This document shows positions 1-12,000 of a stretch of DNA of 64,000 nt, piece after piece (within the stretch, counting starts at the first letter, position 1; every line of letters starts with the position of its first letter). The notes beneath the pieces were generated by a model. It worked only from the letters and a program-made list of their open reading frames with translations, was not told where the DNA came from and searched no databases. Origin of the DNA: a candidate division FCPU426 bacterium (GTDB lineage Bacteria; Oederibacteriota; JAAXVQ01; JAUVAV01); the NCBI GenBank assembly GCA_040756875.1, contig JBFLYH010000001.1:384001-448000 (forward strand), written 5' to 3'. The position numbers and the translations under genes are program-made.

Positions 1-2
1 TT

Positions 3-3000
3 CTGCCGCCGGCCGAGCTGCTTCCGGCTGTGCAAAATTTCGCTTCCTTGCTCGAAGCCGCGCGGGAGAAAACCGCGTGGGTTGAAGAGGGGGCCAACAT
101 CATCCGCTGGTCCGCTGCGGTCGCGGGGCTCGTGCACCCCGCGCAAGCCGGAGCGGCGCTGGGAGTGCTCCTGGGGGCCATCAGGGACGCCAGCCGGGTG
201 CAAGGGCCGGATGCGGCCGATATCCTGGAGCGGATCCCGGATTTTCTGCACCCCCTGGCGCCGGAATTCAGGCTGATAGGATTGCGCCTCTTGAACGCCA
301 GCCGTCCGGCGTTCCGCAAGCTGGGACCGGCCGGGGAGAAACAGTCTATCTCCGATTTGCAGAACAGGATCATGGCCATTACCCAGGCCAGCCGGGAACC
401 CTTGACCGGATTGACGGCCTTGGTGGTTTTGCTGGACCGGTTGAACACCAGCCGGGTGGACGGGGAACTGACGCGCGAGCCCTTGGCCGTGGCGGATGAA
501 GTGCTGGCGGTCTGCCGGCAGCACGGCGCCCAGGCCTATCTGCAATTCATGCGGGAAGAACCGGATTATGCCTCGGTCCCCATCCACGACGGCGGCCGGG
601 TCACGTTGAACAAGGGGCGCTGGCTGCGACTGCTCTATCAGAACCTGCCGCCCGTGGCTATGGACATGCCGGCCGGCTTTCCCGGCCTGCCGGCAGACGA
701 GGATGTGGAGAAACTGCCTGCCCTGGATTTGGACCAGCTGGCAGGCAAAGCCGGCAGCAACGGGCCGCTGGTTTTCACCGGCCAGGCGCTGGGCCGCGGA
801 TTGATTTTCAGCGCGCCCGACGGCCGGCGCCTGGTGGTCAAGCTGGCCAAAATCGACGAACCCAACAGCCTCCTGCAGCGCGAAAGCCTCGGGTTCGCGT
901 GGGCGCGGCGCCAGGCCGGAAGCACGGCCGCGCCCAGGCCCGTGGCCGCGAGGGAGGGCGAATACCGGTTCCGTTTCGCGCTGGACGCGGCCGCGGACCC
1001 GGCCCTGGTCCGCAGCCTGCGGGATGCGCTGCGGCGTTCGCAAGCCGAAGCGGAAAGCGTGGGCAAACCCTTTGCGCTCCTGCCTGAGTACGTGGCCACG
1101 GCTTATGTGCTGCCCGCGGCCTCGACGTATGACCAGAACCTCAAGGCGGACACCGTGCCGACCTGGCAGGGTTTGAAAACCGCCCTGCTGCGCAGCGGCC
1201 GGACGCTGGGCGCCTGGGCCCGGCAGGGCGTGGTCCACACCTCGCTGGGCGACCTGTTCCATAATTTAAGCACGGATGAACGCGAATACGTGGTCACTAA
1301 AGGCCTGGATTTCATGCTCGATTACTCGGTCGGCCGCCTGACCGCCTGGCAGGCCGCGGTGTTCGCCCTGAACCTGTCGCCCGAAGGGGACGTGCGCGAT
1401 TACAAATTCGTGCGGCACCTGGCGGAACTGGAAGGCGAGCAAAAATACCAGGAAGACGACTGGTGGTTCAGCGGCCGGCAATTCGATGCGCGGCCGCGCA
1501 ATGTGCTGCTGCTGGAATTTTTCAGCCGCTATGCGCTGATCGCCACGCTGGCCACGGGCGAATGGCTGGACCAACACGGCTGGCAGGGCCTGGACTGGCA
1601 AAAACCGGAGACCCTGGCGGATCTGGCGGGCTTCCTCCGCGAATTCTACGTGACGACCGCCGCGGCCGCCGTTGGCCGCGGGCAGCTGGGCCGCATTCAG
1701 CGGCAGGCGGACCTGGTGGACTGGGACCGCTACGCCGCGCAGATGGCGTTCTTCATGAACCCCAAGGCCTCCAATGAATACCTGCGGCCGCCGGAAAGCG
1801 GCGCCGAGGCGGACACGCGCCAGTCCCGGTTCCCGTCCGAGCGCCTGTTCGGGCTGGCGAAGGGTTCCATCGGCTTCGGAGACCTGCGCGACCAATCCTG
1901 GGACGACACAGAGGGCATGGTCGGCAGCCCGACCGAACCGGAACACGTGCGCGGCAGGCGCGCCATCGGCAATGTGAACGGATCGACCTTTTTGCTGGAA
2001 AACCTGAAAGCCAGTTACATGATTTTCGGGCTGCTGGTGGCAGGCCAGGCCCTGGACGCCTACCGGAGCGATGCCTGGCACCGGCGCGCGTTGCGCCGGG
2101 CCGCAGAGGCGTTCCAGGCCCTGCGCGTCAGGCTGCTGAGTCTGCCCGCCGCCCTGGCGGCCTGGTACGAGCAGCGCCTGACGACGCGCGCCCTGGACGG
2201 CTTGCCCGCTGAAACCGGCCGCCTGGCGGCCGCGCTTTTCGAACGGTTCGCGGTTGCCGACAGCCGGGAGCGGCGGGGGATCGCCAACCGCCTGCGGCAC
2301 TGGCGCCTGACCGACGGAGAAATCGAATCCCTGCGCATGCTGCTCTTCGCGCCCGCGGTCACCCGGGAGGACGTGGCGGACATCCTGGCCCTGGTTGACC
2401 TGTCGTTGCGCGAGGCTTCGCCCCAGGAGCGCAGGCAGCTTCTTAACCAGCTCAGGCTGCTTTCCGTCCTGCCGGACTTCGCCCTGTTCGGGTGGCCGGA
2501 AATCAGGCGGGCCCTGGCCGGCCGGCTGGCCGGGCAAGCGCCTGCGGCCCGGAGCCGGACCCTGGCGGCCTACCGCAGCAGCCTGAGCGTCATCGGCAAT
2601 TTATATTACACCCGCGTGCGCTTCCGGGAAACCCAGGCGACGGAAAAACTGCCGGGTGATCCGCTTGTGCGCTTCTACCACGGCTTGATCATGGACCTGG
2701 GGCCCGCGGCCGGCGGGGCGGCCCTGCGCCTGATCCGGCAATCCATCGGCCTGCCGTTGACCCGGGAAACCACGGGTGATTTGCTCCGCCTGTTGGGCAA
2801 GTACCGGGACGGATTGCTTCGGATTCACGGGGCTGTGGGCCAGGAGTTCGGCGTAGTGGCGGCCTTGTCGTTCGTGCAGGCCGAGTTCGAAAGGACGCGC
2901 AAGAAAAAAGCCGAGGACAGCCTGGCAATCCTGAGGTCCGTGGCCGAAACCTGCGAGCAGCAGGGCAGCCGGGCCTATTTGGAACTGCTGAAGCAGGCGC

Positions 3001-6000
3001 CGACCCTGGAGACTCTTTCCATCAGCACCGAAGGCGAAGCTACCAACCACGCGGCGCGCTTCATCAAATACCTCCTGAATAATACGGTGCCGTTCCGGCT
3101 CGGACCGGCAGGCCCGCGGACCGAGTTCCGGAACAACCTCGCCCCGCAGGAACTGCCGCAAGAGACCCTGGCCACCCTGGCTGAAAAAGCGGGGTTGCAG
3201 GGGCCGCTGGTCTTCAAGGGAAACACCCTGGGCCGGAAAGTGATGTTTGAGGACCCCAGCGGACGGCAGCTGGTGGTCAAACTGAAAAAACGCGGGGAAG
3301 CCAACAACTGGCTGCAGCTGGAAGCCGAGAACATGCTCCGTTATGCCGGAGACTTCAAAGGCCAAGTCGTTCCCAAACCCGTGCTGATCGGCAAGGTTGA
3401 AGGCCGGCAAGAATACCGGTTCACCCTCCGTTTGCCGGCTGCCGAGGGAGCGGCGGACGTTCAGGCCAGCCTGCGCCGGAACGCCGAGGTCTCGGTGCGG
3501 GAGACCGGACGCGGGTTCGAGGCCGACGAGCCGCTGCAGGGCATTGCGTATGTGCTGGAACCCGGGGCCACCTATGACACCAATTTAGACCGCGAAACCG
3601 TGCCCGACTGGGCCGCGTATAAAACCGCGCTGGTGCGGTCGGCGCGCGAGCTGGGCCGCCTGGCACGGGCCGGGGTATTGCATATTTCGCTGGCGACCCT
3701 GTTCCACAATCTCAGCACGGACCGGGAATATATCGTCACCCGGCTGCTGGAGGATTCCACCTTCCCATATACCCTGGGCCGGATCACGGACTGGCTGGGC
3801 ACGGTTTTCGCCGTGAACCTGAGCCGCGACGGCCAGGTGCGGGATTTGAAATACCTGCGTTCCCTCACGGACGTAGCCAGTGATCCGAATTACAAGGTCG
3901 AAGACTGGCAATTCCTGCCCGCGGCTTTCGGCGATCAGGCGGACAGCGTCTATTTGCTCGAGTTCCTCGGCCGCTACGCTCTGGTGGAAACGCTGCTGGC
4001 CGGCGCCTGGCAGCGGGCCGACGGCTGGCAGCGGATTGACTGGCAGAAGGACGAGACCCTGTCCGACCTGGCTGGGTTGCTGCGGGACGTGTTCACGGCC
4101 CTGGCCGGGGAATTGCTGGGCGAAGACGAGTCAAGGACCGTGGCCGAATACGCGGGGCTGGTGGATTGGACCCAATACGCCCGGCAAATGGCTTTCTACA
4201 TGAGCAACGCCAACCTGGACTACCTGCGGCCCCGCCGGCGAAACCAGCTCGACAACCGGCACGACCGGTTTCCCATGGAGCAGCTGTACGGGGTCCCCCG
4301 GAGCCGCCTGGACATCGACGAATACCGCGACCACTGGAACGACGAGGTCGGCTTTACCGGCGACCTGTCGGAGGGCAGCCATGCGGCCGAACGCCCCTCG
4401 ATCGGCCCCTTCAACGGCCCCATGCTGATCACCGAGTTCGGCACGGCCATGAGTTATGTCCTGGGGTTGGCCGTGGCGCAAAAAGCCATGGGACCCGAGG
4501 CGCAAGCCGCGGAGCCCTCCGTTCCGGCCGGGGCCACGCTGACCGAACGCTGGCGGCGAAGCCTGGCCTGGCTGCGCGTTACCGCCCCGGAGGCCGTAGC
4601 CCTGGTCCGCGCCTGGTCGAATTCCAGCAGCCTGCGCAATACCTTTGTGATGGTGCCTTTCTTATATCTGATGCCCCTGGGACTCAGCCTGCGCGATCTC
4701 CTGTTTATCTATCCGGTCGTGGCCATGGCTTCCCTGGCTTATTTTGCCCTGCGCGGCGGCGAAAAGAACTACATGCTGACGTACCCCGGCCGGCTCCAGC
4801 CGGTATACGCCCTGATGGCCAGGCTGCCCGGAATCAGGGCGCTGCTCGAACGCGGGGTGACGATCAATGACATCGGCCCCGGCTGGCCGATGCTCACCAC
4901 CGGCGAGCTGGCGTCCTTTGCCCGGTCGCTCAATCCGGCGAACCGGGTTATTGCCAGCGAGCGGCCCGGACGCGTTCCGGCTTTCGTGTTGTGGAGCGAA
5001 GCCGGCGGCAACTACGCGCTCTTCAACCGGGAGGGAAGGCTGCTGGAAGTATTCGCGGAAGAAGGAGCGGTGATCAGGAAAGGCCCGCTGGCGCGCTGGA
5101 ACGCAGCCAGGATCTTCCGCAGCCTGCGGCGCCAGCCGGACAGCAGGCCGGGATATATTTTGGAAGCCGTGCGGACCGAGGAAGAACTGGAACGGGGCGG
5201 GTTCGAACTGAACGAGGCGGATTTCGGCGGCGGAGTCAAAGCCGGCATCAAGCTCTGTTTCAACATGCTTTATATGTATCCGAACCAGGCACTGGCGAAG
5301 CTGCAGGAGATGGGCAAGGACTTGGAAGAGGGCGGGTATCTTCTGGCGGGCCAGAGCGTCAGCTGGGCCGGCAGCGGAACGTACATCCAGGTCTACCGCA
5401 AACAAGGCGGCGAGCTTCGGCCCCTGCAAGGCGACTTGAATCTGAACGGCGGCTGGTATTCGTTCTCCATGCAGGCGTTCACGCTCGCCCAGAGCGCGCG
5501 CATGCTGGAAGTTTACTACGAATTCACTTCCAGGCGGCAGGGATATGAGACCGACGAAATGATCCTGGACCTCAGGGCCGCGGCCCTGCCGCATGATTTG
5601 GACATCACCGGGTTCAAAGCAAGCCAGACAACCGCCGGCGAAAAACGCGGCCAGCCCGCCAAGCAGGGTCGGGGAACGTTCCTCGGCCTGGACTCGCTCT
5701 CTTTCCGCCTGGCGCGCTGGTTCGCGCCCCCGGCGCCGGCCCTGACCGGCATCCAGGAAATGTTGGCCGAGGAGTTGGGGGAAAAATATCCCGGGCTGTC
5801 CGCCCTGGAACGGAACCGGATCCGCGGGGCTTTGGCCGCCATGGCCCTGGACATTGACAACGCCAAGCAGCTCACGCAGCTGCTGAGGGCCTATTTCATC
5901 ACCTCCGCAAACGTGGTGCCGGCCCTGGAAGGGATCGCCGGAATTGCAGCCGGAACGGAGCCCGCGCAAACCGCCGCAAGCTTGAAGAACCTGGCCCGGC

Positions 6001-9000
6001 TTTTTCAACTGCCGGTCATGCGGCGCGCCAATGCCGTGGGCGTGCTGGGTGAGGCGGCCCAGGCCTGCCGGCAGGCCCCCCGGGAAGCCGCGCCGCGCCT
6101 GCTGGCCTCCCTCGTCCGTTTGCTGGAACTGACGCCCGCGCTGGAAAACGAGACGCCGGGCAAATCGGTCCGGGTGCTCGCGAGCCTGCGCCTCGCGGCC
6201 GAGTCCCTGGGCCGCGACGATTTCGAGGATTATCTGAACGAACTGTACGACCTCTACGCCTTCCATCAGGACGACCTGTTCGTTCTGTTGGACGGCATGC
6301 TGGCCGCGGCCCGGGCCGCCGGACCCCTGGCCGGCCTGGCGGCCTTCAAGAGCCTGCGCACCATGGTGGTTTATTACCGCGATTACCAAAAACAACTCTC
6401 GGTCGCGGAAGCCCTGGACAGGATCCGTCAGGCCTACGCCGATATCCGCAGGACCACGGACGATCCCCTGACGCTCGTGGCGGCGCTGACCGCGATCCGC
6501 GTCCGCAGCCAGTGGAACCGGGATTTGCGCACCCGGACCCCGCTGGAAATCATCGGGGAAGTGGCCGGTGTTTGCAGGGAAGAAGGGAAGAACGCCCTGC
6601 GGGTTATCCTGCGGGCCGAATCCGGGGTGGACAACCTGGTCATCGGCGATTTCGGCGATGCTCCCTCCAAAATGGGCTTGTTCATCCAATATCTGCTACA
6701 AAGCCTGCCCGCGTTGCACCGGCCGGTTCCGGCCGGGTTTCCCCTGACCGTCAAACCGATGTCAGGGCCGATCGCGCGCCTGACGCCGGACGCGCTGGCC
6801 GTGCGGGCCGGACTGCAAGGCCCGCTCCGGTTCGAGCGCGCCCTGGGGAGGAGCCTGGTATTCCGCGACCAACGGGGCGCCCAGCTGGTGATCAAGCTGC
6901 GAAAGCTGCGGGAGAGCGAGGACAGCCTGCAGCAGGAATGCGAGCGGTTTGCCTGGGTTCGCCAGCAGGGCCTCCTGCCCGGGACACCGCAGCCGGTTTC
7001 CGCAGGCGAAGGCGGGGAATACCGGTTTGAATTGGACCTGCCGGGGCTGGACGAATCCCTGCGCCGGGCCGTGGCCGGGGCCCTGGCAGAAGAACAGCGG
7101 CAGGCGTCCCAACACAAAGGTGCCGGGTTTCAAGTGCATTCCGGACGGCAGGCGATCGCTTATGTCCTGGAACCGGACAGCCGCTACATGTCCTATCTGA
7201 ATCCCGACGCGGTTGCGGATTGGGGCGTGCTCAACCGCGGCTTGCGCCGGGTGATGCGCACCTTGGGCCGTCTGGCGGGCCGGGGCTGGCTCCACACCAC
7301 GCCGGCGGATCTGTTCCACAACGTGGAGGAAAACCGCCCCTACGTCACCACCGTGGGTCTGGGCCAGATCTTCGCGCGCGTCTCGGCGCGCACCATGGGA
7401 CGCATTGCGGCCTGGCTGGAATCGGGCTGGACCATGAACTGGGACCAGGACGGCGGACTGCGGGATTATAAATACTTCAAGCACATCTCCGAAACGGCGT
7501 CCCTGCCGGAACTGCGGTCCGAGGATTGGACTTTCCTGGAGGCGTTTCGCGGCAAGATCGAAATGGTCTATCTGTTGGAGACGCTGACCCGCGCGGCGCT
7601 CGCGGGCCTGCTGGTCCAGGGCGAATGGCTGGACCGGAAGCAGTGGGCCGGATTGGACTGGCGAAACGACGGGCAACTGCAGCCGCTGGCCCGGGACCTG
7701 CGCGCCCTGTTTGCCAGCGCCGCGGAAGGGCTCCTGACAGAGGGACCCCGTGCGCCGAACCTTGAACAGGTCCTGGATGCGGTGGACTGGACCGCTTTCG
7801 CCCGGCAGATGGTCTTTTGGATGAATCCGGCGAATTATGCCGAAGCCATGGCCGAGCCGGCTTCCGGCCAGGCGGACCAACGAACCCGTTTCCTGCTGGA
7901 AAACCGGCTGATTGACCTGCCGGAGCACATGGTTCACTTCAATCATTATTTGCCGGGTACGTACCGACCGGGCATCGGTTTTGTCGGGACCCCGGCCGAG
8001 GACAGCCTGGGCCGGTTGCGTTCACTGGGCCCGGTCAACGGGCCGCTGCCCATCACCGAGTTCGCCACGGCCGCCTATTCGGTTTTCGGCCTGGCGCTGG
8101 CGCAACTGGCCCTGGAGGAACGGCAGGCTGAGCAGGCGCGCGCGGCAAAAAAGACCCTGTGGGCCAGAACCGGCCTCGACCGCCTCGTGGACCTGGATGC
8201 GCTCTTCCTCCGCCAGGCCCCCTGGCAGACAGGGCCGCTGAAGAATTCCGCGGCGCTGCTTCGCTTCGCCGCCAACTGGGTGGCGCCCAAGGTGGAAACC
8301 GGCCGGGTCGTGCTGGGGACCGCCGGGTTTTATCTGGGGTTCATGCTGCTGGGAATGAGCCCCTTCTGGGCCGGGCCGCTGGCTGTGCTGCTGACCAACG
8401 CCATCTTCGCGGTCTCGCACTTTTCCGGCGTGTTCGCCTCGGCCGGAGCGGATGAAACCGGCGTTCCATATATATACTTCAAGCGCTTCGAAACCTTTTC
8501 CCAGCGCCTGGCGGCCTGGGGCAGACTCTTTGTGCTGGGCTTGGGGTTCCATTTCGTTTTTTACGCGGCCGTGGTGCTGGCGCCCTGGAGCCAGAATGCC
8601 CAGGCCGAGCTGTCTGTCCAGATGCTGGGGTTGTTCGGGATTTATGCTTCGCATTACCTGCACCGGGCCTTCAACCGCCTGATCCTGGATCAGCCCGGCC
8701 GCGTCCCGGCTGCTTTGCGTTTCCTGGCCATGACCGGCTGGCACGAGCCGCTGGATCCCCGGCAGGTGGCTGACTGCGAGCAGGCCATCCAAAATCTGGC
8801 CGGCCCGGGCCTGGCCGTGCAGCCCAGGGACGAGAATCGCTTTTACCGTACCCTGAGCCGGCAATTCCCGGCGGCTGTGATCGAACAGGCTTTGCGCAAT
8901 TTGTACGCCCGCCAGCCGCTCGCCCTGCCCACACTGGCCACCGAAATCCGGGCGGTCCTGGCGCGGACCGGCTGGCTCGATACGGCGGCCGCCGACCGCG

Positions 9001-12000
9001 AGCTGCAGGCCCTGCCGTTCATCGCCCGGACCGAGCAGGCCTGCCTTGAAATCCTGCTGGCCCGGATCCGCAATCTGCATCCCACGCCGACCAAAACCGG
9101 CCAGCCTTATTTGTTCAGCGAATACGAGCAGGCCGAAATCCGGCGCAAAGGCCCCGAGGCTTTTGCCGGGCACATCGGGCTGTGGCCGTATCTCAACCAA
9201 GAAGCCAAGGCAGGTTATACCCTCGACCCCCGCGCCCTCATGCTCGTGCACGTGAACGACATCGGCCTGGAGGAATTGCAGGCCCTGGTGAACCTGTTCA
9301 AAGGCGCGGAGAGCCCCCGGGAAAATCCGGAGATCATCAGCGGGCGAGCCGCGGTCAAGATTCTGGGACGCCACCGCCCCTTGGACGAGACCCGCCGTCT
9401 GGTCGAATTCCTGCGCGGAGTCCCCATGCCGGACGGCAACCGGCTGGCGGTTTCACAAACCGTCATAAGCGTGTGGCTGGAAAGCCGGTTGTCAGAAGGT
9501 GAGATCACGGACCTGCTGACCGCCCAGCCTGGTTTGGCGCATTTGAGCAAGGAAAAGGCCGAAAAATATCTTGCCCAGCGCTATATGGACCAGCGGGTGA
9601 AGCAAAACCAGAACCTGCGGCAGCGGGCCGTCAAGCTGATCAAGCGGATGGCCGAAAGGGACTTGTTGGATGAAGCCGGTGCCTTGGCCGGCCTGGCGAC
9701 CGTGACCACCCGCCAGGCCGCCCTGGCCAAGAAAATCGACCGCGGCAAGGGCCTCGAGGCCGATGCCATCGGGCTGATTTTGGACGCCCTGCAGGAACGC
9801 TTTGGCCGGCGCCTGACCCCGGGGCAGGTGCAGTTCGTGGCTGAACGCCTGTCTTGGGACAGGCTCGAGGCCAAACTCGACCTGATCGAGCGGCTCTTTA
9901 CCGTGAAAGAGCTGGAAGGAGTCGGCGGCGAACCGCTGGCTGCCGCGCTGGTTTCGGGCAAGCCGGATCAGGAAGTGCTCGGGCTGATCGTCTCCTACCA
10001 TGGCGAGTCGGCCATCGAGCTGCGCAATGTCATCTACAGCCCCCATCCGCTGGCGAAAATCAAGCAATTGCACGACGACATGGAACTGTACGGCATGCCG
10101 TCCAACACCCGCGCCCGCGGGTACAGCGCGGCCCGTTCCCGGATCATCGACGAAATCCTGGAGCGCATCGACCGCAGCGGTATGGAGGATGCGCTGGCCG
10201 GACAGTTTTTCCGCGAAGTCACGAACAAGCAGCGGCTGTTGTTGAGCACGCTGCTCGCCCTCTTAAGCGAGGAGTCTGTGACGCCCGAGGAACTGCCGGA
10301 CTTCCTGCGCGTTTTCGTGTCCGCTGAAAACCAGGCCGAACTGGCCGGAGAACTGCTGTGGCACTACCAGGACGGCTCGCCCCTGAACCGGAGCGCGCAG
10401 GAGCGGGGCGACGCCAAGGCGGCGCGCGAACTGCTGCTGCGCTTGCACGGCACGGAAAGCCTGACCCTGCTGACGTCCCTGCTCTTGGACGGCCAGGCCG
10501 GGCCGGCCGAGACCGCGCGGCTCAAGCTGCTGCAAATGCAGGACTCGGGCGAGCTGCGGCTCAACCGCGTGCGCGAGTACCTGCGCCGCTACGGCCCGTC
10601 GCGCCTGCGCATTATGGTGGAAAAACTCATGCCCGAGCTGGGGACGCTGGTGCGCAGGATCCAGATCCTGGGGCAGATGCAGCGGCACGGCATGGACCCC
10701 TCCGGAATCGTTGCACTGGAGGCGGCCTGGCAGACCGGCTGGCTGCCGCGCGAGGATCTGCGGGACGCCGCGGAAATCACGCCCCTGCAGTTTTTCCTTT
10801 TGCTGCCGGGCATGGCCGAGACCCTGGACGACCTGCCGGAAGACGCCTACCAGGCGGTGTTGGAGCTGGCGGTCCGGCTGTACGCGGACCAGCAGCGCCA
10901 GGGGGACCCGCAGGCCCTGGCGCGGGTGGACAACCTGCTCGCCGGCATGGAACCCTGCCGGTTCGCGGATGACTGGCTCGGCATCATGGAAGCCAGCCGG
11001 CTGGCTTCCGCCCATCCCCGGTTCGGCGGCAGGCCGTTCAGCGACGCCTTCTTCTTCCACGTCCTGCAATCCCGCTGGCTGGATGATTCCCTGGTCGGCT
11101 ACGGCTTGATGCTGGCCCATGGGCGGGATTTCAGGCCGGCCGAAGAAAAGATTTGGGACGCCAGCCGCCGCATCGGCACAGTCGACCCCTTGCTCCAGTG
11201 GGTGCGGGCCCTGCGGGCCGGGTTGCCACAGGCGGACCGGCAAACCGCGCTGGAGTGGATGAACGGGCAGCAGGCGGAACTGGAGCGGATCGGGCCGGAT
11301 TGGATCCGCTGGCTGCTGGATTGGCTGCCTGAACACCGCCTGATGCCCGAGGAATTCAAACAGGACTACGAGGAATGGCCCAAGCTGTTCCAGTTGCGCC
11401 AGGAATTCCTGGCCCTGCCCATTGACGTGCAAATGGCGGCCGTGGATGTCTGGGCCGGCCGCCAGCTGTCCTACGGCCTGGCCGCGCAAATCAAGCACGC
11501 CCTGGCCAGGGAGAATGCGGCCCAATCCGGGTTCGTCGCAGCCATACAAACCGTCAGGCGCCTGACGGCCGAACAAGGATGGAATGAATCCAGCCAAGTG
11601 GATTGGCAAGCCCTGGTGCAATCTGCGCCCGGACAAGTCGTGAGCTTGAATGCCGAACGGGCGGTGGCCAGACTGGTGCGCGCCCCGCTGGCGGACCGGC
11701 GCTTGCGCCAGGTCATTCGCAGCAACCAAAGCCGCCTTGCCGGCGGGGAGGAAGCCCTGCTCAACCAATTCGACCGCATGCCCGCCGCCAGCCGGGACGA
11801 GGCGACGGTCATCCGGGCCGTGCTGCAGGCCTTGCAGATTGACGGGCAGTCCTGGCTGGAGAACACGGACATCGAACGCATTGCGGCGCTGGGGCTGGAC
11901 GCCTTCCTGCGCAAGCGCCGTCTGTGGGGCGCGCTCAACGCCTACCCGCGCCCGCCCAGCGGGACGCTGGTCGCGGCCTGCCTGCTGTCGGAAAAATCCG

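Noticed and set aside
30-32. GTG at 30 as the start of the giant gene
   Set aside because: The frame is open to nt 3, there is no RBS, and the first module is incomplete.
600-8120. Canonical Hanks-type Ser/Thr kinases
   Set aside because: No HRDxKxxN, DFG or APE motifs; the pattern fits the SidJ family better.
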